The notes under the pieces were generated by a model, which saw nothing but the letters and a program-made list of their open reading frames with translations, was not told where the DNA came from and did not search any database. Shown here piece after piece: positions 17,786-26,571 of a stretch of DNA of 64,000 nucleotides. The position numbers and the translations under genes are program-made. Source of the DNA: Candidatus Micrarchaeota archaeon (GTDB taxonomy: Archaea > Micrarchaeota > Micrarchaeia > Micrarchaeales > CABMGC01); assembly GCA_021827925.1 (NCBI GenBank), contig JAKATZ010000003.1, positions 16,567 through 80,566 of the forward strand, read 5' to 3'. The first letter of the stretch is position 1. Every line of letters starts with the position of its first letter.

Positions 17786-18643
17786 ATGAAGATTTACAAA
17801 GTCAATAACAAGCTTGCAGTTTACGTACCTCAGGAGGTGGCTGAGAAGATAGGGATAACCGAGGGCGATGAAGTGTACTTCAAGAAGTTTAGCGAGGACG
17901 CTTTCCTATTCACGAAGAAAGATGCTGATTCTGCGTCTGCGGTAGGAGGGGCCGCGATTGTTCCAAGGAAGGAGGAACAACAGCACACAAGCGGCATGCC
18001 CCAGCAAGGCGCTGAGCCTTCGCAAGAGGAGATCGCTGTCCTCAAGAAACTTGATACGGTTCGCTATGGAAAAAGAGACAGGGCAACCGTATCGGCGCTG
18101 CTTACCGGGCGAGAGAAGGAAATATTGAAGAAGCTGGAGGACTCACGCATGGTCACATTGTTCTGGAACGGGAAAGAGAACAAAGAGCTTTACGGCATAT
18201 CAAGAGGCATCTACGACAGGTTCCTGATGCGGAAAAAGGAAAGGCCGCAGCAGCAGGGGCAGCAGAGACAAAGATATAGGATATTGGTAAGTTCCGGAGC
18301 GGAGAATGACGAGGAAATAAAGGCGCTTGAGGAGAATGGTTTCGTGGTTCTTCTTACCGAAGCGGAGGCTGCACGGCTTTCCCTAGCTCTCGAGGAGAGC
18401 GTGAGGCGCGGCATAGTGATAGGGACAAGAGCGTTCAATAAGAAATTTTATATTGTTGCAAGGGAGTTCTTCAACAGGAACCTGAGCGGGATAATCAAGA
18501 CTTTGAGGAGTGGAGACAGAAGAGTGCAGGACCTTGCCTCTGAGATGGGAATCAGTGACGATGCAGCGAAGGCTTGTCTTTCCCTCTTGGCAGAAAGCGG
18601 GGAAGTGAGAGAGAAGAAAAGGGATCTTTTCTCGCTTGCATGA
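17786..18643 (+). CDS. hypothetical protein: AbrB/SpoVT-like N-terminus, Q-rich linkers, winged-helix-like C-terminus
   Basis: N-terminal 'KLAVYVPQEVAEKIGITEGDEVYF' resembles a swapped-hairpin AbrB/MazE motif. Low-complexity 'ERPQQQGQQRQR'. C-terminal 'RVQDLASEMGISDDAAKACLSLLAESGEV' looks like a wHTH. Domain calls are by eye only. Confidence 0.4.
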   Translation: MKIYKVNNKLAVYVPQEVAEKIGITEGDEVYFKKFSEDAFLFTKKDADSASAVGGAAIVPRKEEQQHTSGMPQQGAEPSQEEIAVLKKLDTVRYGKRDRATVSALLTGREKEILKKLEDSRMVTLFWNGKENKELYGISRGIYDRFLMRKKERPQQQGQQRQRYRILVSSGAENDEEIKALEENGFVVLLTEAEAARLSLALEESVRRGIVIGTRAFNKKFYIVAREFFNRNLSGIIKTLRSGDRRVQDLASEMGISDDAAKACLSLLAESGEVREKKRDLFSLA

Positions 18644-18690
18644 TATGAACAGCACTGGAGAGTCCTGCATGGAAAAGAAAGTACTGAAAG

Positions 18691-18855
18691 TCAGGATATG
18701 CTCTTTGTCACAAAGTGATTCAGCACAACTACGACAAGGGTGGCCACGAATACCACTATGAGCAGCAGCTTGGGATTTAACATTGGCCCGCGCTCTGGTG
18801 CGTCGTAGAAGCTGAGAACGCCTGCTTGGGTCTGCGGAGTCGACAATGTGGCCAC
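18691..18855 (-). CDS. secG: preprotein translocase Sec61-beta (SecG) candidate, below the ORF-track size cut-off
   Basis: Hand translation (GTG start): VATLSTPQTQAGVLSFYDAPERGPMLNPKLLLIVVFVATLVVVLNHFVTKSIS. The 'AG-hydrophobic-x-x-F/Y-Y/F-D' box followed by a single C-terminal TM matches the archaeal Sec61-beta pattern. A TATA-like 'tttatata' lies about 30 nt upstream on the minus strand. An alternative GTG start is at 18861. Confidence 0.5.
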   Translation of the reverse strand: MATLSTPQTQAGVLSFYDAPERGPMLNPKLLLIVVFVATLVVVVLNHFVTKSIS

Positions 18856-19144
18856 TTGAATCACTATTTGCTAATTACTTCGCAGACATAGTATATAAAT
18901 CTTTTGAAGTGTCTATTGCGCTAGGAACTACTCTTCAGACTCGATAAGGATATGTTCCGGTGGGTCGTCCTGTGTTTGACTAGACTCAAATGTCTTCGTC
19001 TATCAATATGCCCCTCGTGCATCTTTGCGTATTCGGATATCTTTAAGAATGTCACCCCGAATGCCCTGATACTAACTGTTCAAACAATGAAAGGAGGGGA
19101 GATACAACCTTATTGAACAGAGAACCTTAATCCTGTTTTGATTA

Positions 19145-20596
19145 TTACACGATGGATGAAGTCTGTGTTGTCGATGGGCGCAGGCTGCTGCGAATCGAAG
19201 CGGCAGGCCTAAGCAGATGCGCCAATGCGGATAAAGCCACCCCCATGGAATTGCCGCGTGCAGCCCCCTCCAGGCTGGCTATAGCTGCATTTGCATAAGA
19301 AGCTTCAGACCATGCGAGGTCAGGGATCATCCTGTTGCCGTTACGGGCATAGTATCCTTCCGGATCACTGCCGGGACTTGCTGGATCTACGAATTCCTGC
19401 TCAGGCAATAGTCTGGAGCCGTTGAAGAAATATTTGTTCTCCGTGTATTGGAGTATTCTCTCGGCTTTTTCCGCCATGCCGTTTTTAAGATACCAGACTG
19501 CCTGCTCGTGCCCAAGCAGTGCCCATCTTCCGCCGTAGAAATATCTGTCCACATGATCAGGATGCATATTGTATCTTACTGGGTAGAAGTTATACTCTCC
19601 GACAAGCTTTTCCTCTATCTCACGCATTGTGCGCATCTCCACGTCTTTTGTTATGCAAGGTGGTGTGAAATAATTGAACACAAGTATTGCGGCAGCGTCT
19701 ACTGCGGGAACGGGGTCCGTTTCAAAACCACCATCCTTACCGAACACGTTCTTGGCTTTGTACAAGATGCCATTGCGTATGAAGTGCAGTCTGAGGAAAT
19801 CGTCGATATCTGCCAGAGTTCGCTCCGCTTTCTCCTCGTCAATCTGCACGCCGGCGGCTCTTGAGATGCGCTGGAGGCTGCGTATACCACGGTGTATCGC
19901 AGCTACATCGTATGAATGCACCATGTGGCCATCCATTTCCCATACGTTGAAGCACTCTGTTTTGTATATTTTTGCAAGGTAGTCAAGGAAGAGGCCTGCG
20001 TTCTTGGATATGACCCTGACTGCTGCGTCTGCTTCGCCAATGCCAAATGCGGCAATGTATCTTTCTGCAGATAGGAACAGGAGAGGTAGTGTGTCGTATT
20101 GGCGCAGGCCCTGATTTTTCCCATTGTCGGTATCCGTGATGGTTAGATCATCGCGCTGCATCTCAAGAAGGGCGCCGTTAGGCCCGACCCTTGCGCCTAT
20201 GTGGCATGCAAGGGAACGGAACGCTGCAGCGTCTTCAAGAGGAGTGTTGACCCCTGCTCGTATCCGATCTAGATGTTGGGCTACAGAACCCCATGAAAAT
20301 CCCAGCAGTTTGGAAGAAAGCACGCGAGCTTCGCCTATCTCCGCAGACATAAACTTGGGATAGTGCCGCTTTCCGAAGGAGTATATGTCGGTAAGCGACA
20401 TGAGCACATTAGAAAGATCGCGATACCAGCAGGGATAGTAGGGACGATAGGGATTGGGAAGTTTCTGGGAAGACGCTGACATGTACCCATTGTCGTCTAC
20501 ATGATCGCCTAGCACGCGCACCATTGAAGCCAGATTCTGGACACGCACATTTTGCAGACCTTTTGCACTTGCATAAACCACGCTATATCCCCACAA
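19145..20596 (-). CDS. glycoside hydrolase family 15 (glucoamylase/trehalase-like)
   Basis: 483 aa. 'YYPCWYRDLS' (W-x-RD box) and 'RLLPEQEFVD' (E-Q-x-D catalytic region) are typical of the GH15 (alpha/alpha)6 barrel. The track start is TTG, so the start is uncertain. Confidence 0.65.
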   Translation of the reverse strand: MWGYSVVYASAKGLQNVRVQNLASMVRVLGDHVDDNGYMSASSQKLPNPYRPYYPCWYRDLSNVLMSLTDIYSFGKRHYPKFMSAEIGEARVLSSKLLGFSWGSVAQHLDRIRAGVNTPLEDAAAFRSLACHIGARVGPNGALLEMQRDDLTITDTDNGKNQGLRQYDTLPLLFLSAERYIAAFGIGEADAAVRVISKNAGLFLDYLAKIYKTECFNVWEMDGHMVHSYDVAAIHRGIRSLQRISRAAGVQIDEEKAERTLADIDDFLRLHFIRNGILYKAKNVFGKDGGFETDPVPAVDAAAILVFNYFTPPCITKDVEMRTMREIEEKLVGEYNFYPVRYNMHPDHVDRYFYGGRWALLGHEQAVWYLKNGMAEKAERILQYTENKYFFNGSRLLPEQEFVDPASPGSDPEGYYARNGNRMIPDLAWSEASYANAAIASLEGAARGNSMGVALSALAHLLRPAASIRSSLRPSTTQTSSIV

Positions 20597-20699
20597 GCTT
20601 ATGATTTATTCTGAGTATGTAGATGAAAATGCTTTTATACTTGTATGCAGCGTAATTTTACTATCGTAATAACCGAAGGCAGGACACACACTGATTAGC

Positions 20700-22397
20700 A
20701 TGTACATCTTAGGCATTTGGGACGGCCATGATTCAGGCGCGGCGCTCCTAGAAGACGATAAGGTAGTCTTCGCTGCTAACGAGGAGAGGTTCACGAAGAG
20801 AAAGCTTGAGGTCGCATTCCCGAACAACTCGATAAAAGCTGCGCTGGGCCATGCTGGGATAACTCCGGATGAGGTGGAGGTCGTAGCTTTCCCCACCACA
20901 GAATTTGCAAAGACTTTGTCAAGAGTGTTTCCATGGCAGAAGGAGTCATACTACAAATTCAGGAGAAGGAAGATGTACAAGCCAAGGCTCGAAAGCTTTA
21001 TGCATTATGCGAAGTATGCAATGACAGGTGTGGGGATTCTGCCCTTATGCAGCACAGTTAGTAAGGCGGCGGTTGGAAGAGAGCTCAGAAGGCTGGGGTT
21101 CAGAAACTACAGGTTATGCAGCGTGGATCACCACATGGCGCATGCGGCTACGGCAGCTTTCACGTCAGGCATGGACAGCTCGCTTGTAATAACTGTGGAC
21201 GGGCTCGGTGACGGCCTCAGCGCTTCGATAAGCACATTCAGAAAAGGAACCCTTGAAAGGAAGCACAGCATCAAGGCGAGGGACTCGATAGGCATTTTCT
21301 TTGAGCAGGCGACAAACATCGTCGGCATGCGAGAACTAGAAGATGAAGGCAAGGTAATGGCGATGGCCGACTATTCCTATCCCTTCAGGATTGATGAGAA
21401 CAAGCTGCGGGAATTCTTCAGCGTGAATGGAGTCGATATCAGGGCCAAGTACGGCCCCATATCACAGTACAGGATGCTTGACAGAATAGCGTGGTCGATG
21501 CCGAGGGAAAGGTTCTCGTACATGGCACAGCAGGTACTTGAAGAGGCACTGGTGGGGCTTGTTGGAAATGCTATCGAAAAGTTCGGTACGAGAAACGTTG
21601 CGATGGCGGGAGGGGTCATGTCCAACATAAAGGCGAATATGAAGATAAGGAAGATTAAAGGCCTTGATAACTGGTATATATTTCCGCACATGGGGGACGG
21701 AGGCATAGCCATGGGAGCTGCGATGTACGCCAATTACACAGAGAATGGAGTAAGAGGCTATGAATTCAAGGATGCGTATCTAGGAAGTGAGTACTGCGAT
21801 GAGGACATATTGAGGTGCCTCAGGAAAGAGAAATGGCTCAGGTATGAAAGGGATGCAGACCGAGCAGGGCATGCTGCTGAGTTGATAAGTAGCGATGATT
21901 ATGTATTCTGGTTCCAGGGGCGCGGTGAGTATGGGCCAAGGGCTCTGGGAAACAGGAGCATTCTTGCCAAAGCAGATTCCGAGAAGGTGAAGGAGAGACT
22001 GAATCTCTATGTGAAGCAGAGAGACTGGTACCAGCCTTTTGCGCCGTCCATGCTGCGCGAAGACGCTGAAAAGGTATTGGAAGGGGTCAGATGTCCGGAT
22101 CGGTTCATGACTATGGCGTATGATGTGAGGGAGGAACACAGCAGTTCCCTGAAGTCGGTCATGCACGTGGACATGACTGCGCGCCCGCAGATACTTTCAG
22201 ATGAGAATAAAGAGTACAGAAGACTTTTAGGGAGGATCAGGAAAAGCAGCGGATATGGGATAGTTCTGAATACGAGCTTCAATCTGCACGGAATGCCAAT
22301 GGTGAACGACCCTTCCGATGCCATAGAAACAATGAAGCAGACTAAAACAAAACGGATGTTCCTTGGGGAGTACTTTGTAGAGAACAAGGAGATATGA
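20700..22397 (+). CDS. carbamoyltransferase (NodU/CmcH/TobZ family)
   Basis: 565 aa. N-terminal 'ILGIWDGHDSGAALLEDDKVVFAANEERFTKRK', 'VDHHMAHAA', C-terminal 'VLNTSFNLHGMPMV'. Confidence 0.85.
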   Translation: MYILGIWDGHDSGAALLEDDKVVFAANEERFTKRKLEVAFPNNSIKAALGHAGITPDEVEVVAFPTTEFAKTLSRVFPWQKESYYKFRRRKMYKPRLESFMHYAKYAMTGVGILPLCSTVSKAAVGRELRRLGFRNYRLCSVDHHMAHAATAAFTSGMDSSLVITVDGLGDGLSASISTFRKGTLERKHSIKARDSIGIFFEQATNIVGMRELEDEGKVMAMADYSYPFRIDENKLREFFSVNGVDIRAKYGPISQYRMLDRIAWSMPRERFSYMAQQVLEEALVGLVGNAIEKFGTRNVAMAGGVMSNIKANMKIRKIKGLDNWYIFPHMGDGGIAMGAAMYANYTENGVRGYEFKDAYLGSEYCDEDILRCLRKEKWLRYERDADRAGHAAELISSDDYVFWFQGRGEYGPRALGNRSILAKADSEKVKERLNLYVKQRDWYQPFAPSMLREDAEKVLEGVRCPDRFMTMAYDVREEHSSSLKSVMHVDMTARPQILSDENKEYRRLLGRIRKSSGYGIVLNTSFNLHGMPMVNDPSDAIETMKQTKTKRMFLGEYFVENKEI

Positions 22398-24085
22398 TGC
22401 TGCTTGGATACGCAATAACGGCCTCTGTACTCTTCTCGCTTGCTGCGGTTCTGGTTCTTGCAGGAGCATGTAGGAAGGAGATATGGAAAGTTGTTTCGAA
22501 AGACGCAGGGAGGGCTGACGTCGTTGCCATCATGATGCTGCTCATCTTCTTTGTTGTGTTCCTTGCCGTCTTCGTGCACCCAGTGGAGCAGCTTTACTTT
22601 GATGAGAACATTTATCAGGGGATAGCCCTAAATATACTCAGCCATGCCAATGCCCTCTGGTGTCAGTATGGCACAGGATATCTGAAGAGTTGTTTCGCAA
22701 ACCAGGTGTATCATGACCCGGCAGGATGGCCGGTTTTCATAGCCATAGCCTTTGCAATCTTCGGGATAGGAATAGGCACCGCATACGCGCTGCAGGTCCT
22801 TGTGGGTGCACTCTCGGTATTCGGAGTATTTCTCCTTGCAGGAAGCATAACCGAAAATAGGCAGGCAGGTATCATTTCAGCGCTGGTATTTTCCCTTGTT
22901 CCGGAGGTGCTCATATGGTCCAGGACAGAGGCATCGATTGATACTCCATTCATGATGCTTTCCGTGTTCTCGTTCTTGTTTTTTGTTGTATTCATGAAGC
23001 AAAGCAATAAGCGCACATTTGCCCTTTTCGCATTCTGTACTGCGCTGGCCGTTTATTCAAGACTTGAAGCCGCTCTTCTCATCCCCATATTCCTGCTTTC
23101 GTATATCGTTTTTGGAGAAGGCAGACCCATGACAGTGATCGGGACTAGGCTTCGGAACGTATGGAACGCGGTAAATTACGACGCCGGATTCTTGCTGATT
23201 GCGCTTCTCGTAGTAGCAGTGCTATTCACCCAGGTGTATTATATATCGATAGAGGCCTCGGCCCCGTCATACGGACAGACAGGGAATAACCTGTTCTCCT
23301 TCAAGAACCTGATGAGCAACGGGAAGACGAATATCCTCTACCTTATGGGCTATTTCAACAGCAGTAGCTACTATCCAGCAGTATTTCCAGTCGGGGTTAC
23401 CATCCTTGCAATAACTGGCGCGATCCTTCTTGCAGTGGATAGGAAAGAGAAGGGAAGACTCGGAGTGTTAATCATGCTGCTTGCCTGGATACTTTCCTAT
23501 TTTCTATTTTACGGATTCTTCTACGCAGGGGGGGCGACGTTCGGGGTAGACTCAAGATTCATGCTTGAGATCACCCCAGGACTTGCAATACTTGCAGGCA
23601 TAGGGATCACCAAGGCAGGGAAGATTGCTGAAATATTTACAAGAAACAAGAGAGTAGGAACTGCCGTATGCGCGGCTATCATAGCCGTACTTGTTGTATT
23701 CCCTTTTGTAGAGCTTCTTCCGATCCCCACCATGCCTACAGGCAGCATGCCCCAGCAGCCTGTGCCGCTAGGGGCCGTAAGCTTCATACAGTCGAATTAC
23801 ATGAAAGTCCCTTCCGACTGCCTTGTCTTCTCATTTACCCCGGACGTGTGGTACGAACTGAACAGAAGCGCGGCGCAGATCTCTTATCTCGGCGACCTGA
23901 ATCAGAGTTCAAGGGCAAGATTCAGCTGCTTCGTCCTTGATTACGGATATTGGTGTGCGGTGCCGCCGTATAATACAGGCACCTGCGCGAGCGCAAAAGA
24001 GAGGTATGACCTCAAAACTCTTGCGATCCAGCCTGCAAGCAATGGGGCGTATTATGCGCTGTACCAGATAATGAACTACACCTGA
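22394..24085 (+). CDS. GT-C fold glycosyltransferase (ArnT/PMT family 39/83-like), polytopic membrane protein
   Basis: 563 aa, more than 10 TM helices. Acidic first-loop motif 'YFDENIYQG'. The ATG overlaps the carbamoyltransferase TGA (ATGA). Cys-containing C-terminal soluble domain. Confidence 0.65.
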   Translation: MMLLGYAITASVLFSLAAVLVLAGACRKEIWKVVSKDAGRADVVAIMMLLIFFVVFLAVFVHPVEQLYFDENIYQGIALNILSHANALWCQYGTGYLKSCFANQVYHDPAGWPVFIAIAFAIFGIGIGTAYALQVLVGALSVFGVFLLAGSITENRQAGIISALVFSLVPEVLIWSRTEASIDTPFMMLSVFSFLFFVVFMKQSNKRTFALFAFCTALAVYSRLEAALLIPIFLLSYIVFGEGRPMTVIGTRLRNVWNAVNYDAGFLLIALLVVAVLFTQVYYISIEASAPSYGQTGNNLFSFKNLMSNGKTNILYLMGYFNSSSYYPAVFPVGVTILAITGAILLAVDRKEKGRLGVLIMLLAWILSYFLFYGFFYAGGATFGVDSRFMLEITPGLAILAGIGITKAGKIAEIFTRNKRVGTAVCAAIIAVLVVFPFVELLPIPTMPTGSMPQQPVPLGAVSFIQSNYMKVPSDCLVFSFTPDVWYELNRSAAQISYLGDLNQSSRARFSCFVLDYGYWCAVPPYNTGTCASAKERYDLKTLAIQPASNGAYYALYQIMNYT

Positions 24086-24103
24086 CGTTTTATGTGCCTG
24101 CTT

Positions 24104-24922
24104 TCATTCTGTCCCTTCTGCATTCTTCCTATGGCGCCTCCTTCTAGAGATCACAGTTGCCCTTGCCAAAAGGAGGACAATAAGGGCGGCCAGGAGCATG
24201 ACCCCGAAAAGTATAGCACTTGGCCTGCTTGAATGGATGATGGATGCACTGCCTACCACTATCCCGGCAATTGAGGCATAATGGGTCCCGTTTTTTTCAT
24301 ACGATGCGCTTATTGCGCCGGAATAAGAGTACGGTGCCTGCGCCTGGCTGCTTAGGACAAACCTCGCAAGGCCCGATTGCAGGGGTCCGAGATGGATGTT
24401 GAAGGATTTGTTGGAAAGATAGGAGAACTCTGGAGGCAGTATCAGCGATACGTTAGTGCTTATGGCATCGCGTCCGGCATTAAGCACTTTGGCACTGACT
24501 ATGTCTTCGCCGTTTGAATGAGAGATATTATAAGCCAGCTCCACCTGGCTTGGCGCGGACCTGCTGAAGGATAAAAGACAGGGGAATACTGCTACGAATG
24601 AGGAACTGCCTTGTCCGTAAGCCACAGCAATGTAATCGGAATATGATCCTACCGCAGTTATGTTTTCAAGGGTTAGGTTTATGCTCGCTTTCGTACCGGG
24701 TCCCAGCGAACCCAAGTAATAAGATCCATTACTCAATGTCACCCCTGAGATAAAAGGCAGGATATGGAGGGCGTATGCAGTATCATTTCCCGTGTTTGAC
24801 AAGTTGAAAAGCACGTATCGCTGGCTTAGCGAATGTCCGCACGCGCTATTAAGTGTCACCACGCCTGCATTGAGTGAGACAATGAAAATGAGGGATAATG
24901 AGAGTACAACTGAGAGCTTCAT
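24104..24922 (-). CDS. secreted, C-terminally membrane-anchored putative glycoprotein
   Basis: N-terminal signal-like 'MKLSVVLSLSLIFIVSLNA'. C-terminal TM 'AILFGVMLLAALIVLLLA' plus basic tail 'RRRRHRK'. About 9 N-x-S/T sequons by hand count. Confidence 0.5.
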   Translation of the reverse strand: MKLSVVLSLSLIFIVSLNAGVVTLNSACGHSLSQRYVLFNLSNTGNDTAYALHILPFISGVTLSNGSYYLGSLGPGTKASINLTLENITAVGSYSDYIAVAYGQGSSSFVAVFPCLLSFSRSAPSQVELAYNISHSNGEDIVSAKVLNAGRDAISTNVSLILPPEFSYLSNKSFNIHLGPLQSGLARFVLSSQAQAPYSYSGAISASYEKNGTHYASIAGIVVGSASIIHSSRPSAILFGVMLLAALIVLLLARATVISRRRRHRKNAEGTE

Positions 24923-24990
24923 CAAACCTGAGTTGTAATGGAAGAGCAGTAATAAAAAGGAATGCTGCGATAATCAGCTAAGATGATGTA

Positions 24991-25776
24991 TTGGCGAGAA
25001 GGATAAGCAAGAAGAAGCAGAAGAGAAGGGAAGAGTTCATGCTTAAGGAGAAATCGAAGGTGGAGGAGGGCGTCTTCGATACAAAGACTATGCTCACGCT
25101 CAGGAGGCTCTTCTCACATGGCGTGATATCAGGTCTTGAATTCATAATAGCAGTAGGAAAGGAGGCTGACGTATATCTCGCAGCAGCGGGAGATAAGGTG
25201 AGGGAGGAGTTCGTCATAGTGAAGATATTCAGAGTTGAAACAACCGGTTTTATCAGGAGAAAGGAGTACATAATAGGCGACCCAAGGTTCGGGAAAGTGA
25301 AGGGCAACCTATACAATTATGTCAATGTTTGGTGCAAGAAAGAATATGGCAATCTGAAGATCGCCGCGGCGCTTGGAGTACGCGCACCGGTACCTTATGC
25401 ATTCAGCGGAAATGTCCTTGGGATGCAGATGATAGGGGAGGAAGGGCATCCTTCGCCAAGCCTCAGGAATACGAGGCTAGGCAATCCTGACGGGGTCCTT
25501 GATTATGTAATAGAAGACATAAGGAAGCTTTACGGAGGAGGGCTTGTTCACGGCGACATAAGCGAATACAATATACTCATGAAGGGAAATGTTCCGTATC
25601 TAATAGATTTCGGCCAGGCGGTTGTGATCAGGCACCCACATGCAATGGAGTTTCTGCACAGAGACATAACAAACCTGCTCGCGTATTTTGAAAGGGCATA
25701 CGGAATAAAAAGGGATTATGATAGGACACTTGCCTACGTGCTGTCGGCAGGCAAGGAAAGGAACGGAAATGTCTGA
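24991..25776 (+). CDS. RIO-type serine/threonine kinase (Rio1-like)
   Basis: 'VGKEADVYLA', 'LVHGDISEYNILM', 'LIDFGQAV' motifs. The track start is TTG; an internal ATG (MLKEKS) is possible. Confidence 0.85.
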   Translation: MARRISKKKQKRREEFMLKEKSKVEEGVFDTKTMLTLRRLFSHGVISGLEFIIAVGKEADVYLAAAGDKVREEFVIVKIFRVETTGFIRRKEYIIGDPRFGKVKGNLYNYVNVWCKKEYGNLKIAAALGVRAPVPYAFSGNVLGMQMIGEEGHPSPSLRNTRLGNPDGVLDYVIEDIRKLYGGGLVHGDISEYNILMKGNVPYLIDFGQAVVIRHPHAMEFLHRDITNLLAYFERAYGIKRDYDRTLAYVLSAGKERNGNV

Positions 25777-25848
25777 GGCTCACCTGCAGTTGGGGCCCGG
25801 ATGTGCCATGCTGCATGATTAATATATCATGGAATTTCAAGTTTATTC

Positions 25849-26571
25849 ATGCATAAAAGGAAGGAATTGCTGCGCGCTCCTGATGACCCAGGTACGAAGA
25901 GCCAATACGAAGCGAGTACATGGAAGGTATTGTGCGAGGGTCTTGGAGATAAGGTAAAATACGAGCCCATAAGCCTTCTGGTACAGGTAGGAGGCAGGAC
26001 AAGGGGATATACCTTCGATTTTTCCACCGGCAGGAGCATAAATGGCAAAATGGTAGTCATAGAGATCCATGGAGAATTTCTGATTAGAGATGGAATCACT
26101 GCGAGGGCATATTTAGGCATAATTGATGCAGTTCGTAGGGAATACGGCCTCCACTTTATACTGGGATCGCAGATTACGCGCGGGGAGTTGGAAATACGGC
26201 TGGGGAGAGTGAATTATGACGGAAGAGGCGGAAGAGATGCTTATGCGAATGCCGCAAGTATTGAGGAAGGCAGGAGGATACTGCGTGATTCTGTTGATGA
26301 ATTTTGGTGCGTGCCGCAGATAGAAGGATGGGAAACGCTTCTGTCCAGAAAGATAGAGGAGCTTAAGGGAAGGTCGGATGCGCTTAATGACACAGGAATT
26401 GAAGGGCTTCGGAAAAAACTCGAGGAAGTGAGGCGGAAGATCCGGGAAACTGAAGGGGTAACCGGCAAAAGTGAAGAGATTTTCATAGACGTTGCGCATA
26501 ATAACGAAATGCATTCGAAGCTTATTGAAGAACTACTCCGGAGGAATGCCACGCGAAGGGCTTCCCTCTGA
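25849..26571 (+). CDS. hypothetical protein, possible PD-(D/E)xK-like nuclease core plus C-terminal coiled coil
   Basis: 240 aa. 'GYTFDFS...KMVVIEIHGEF' resembles the D...(V/I)E(V/I)xG core of Vsr/DUF559-type endonucleases. Charged heptad-like C-terminus. The 3' end overlaps the convergent NTPase gene by 39 nt. Confidence 0.3.
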   Translation: MHKRKELLRAPDDPGTKSQYEASTWKVLCEGLGDKVKYEPISLLVQVGGRTRGYTFDFSTGRSINGKMVVIEIHGEFLIRDGITARAYLGIIDAVRREYGLHFILGSQITRGELEIRLGRVNYDGRGGRDAYANAASIEEGRRILRDSVDEFWCVPQIEGWETLLSRKIEELKGRSDALNDTGIEGLRKKLEEVRRKIRETEGVTGKSEEIFIDVAHNNEMHSKLIEELLRRNATRRASL

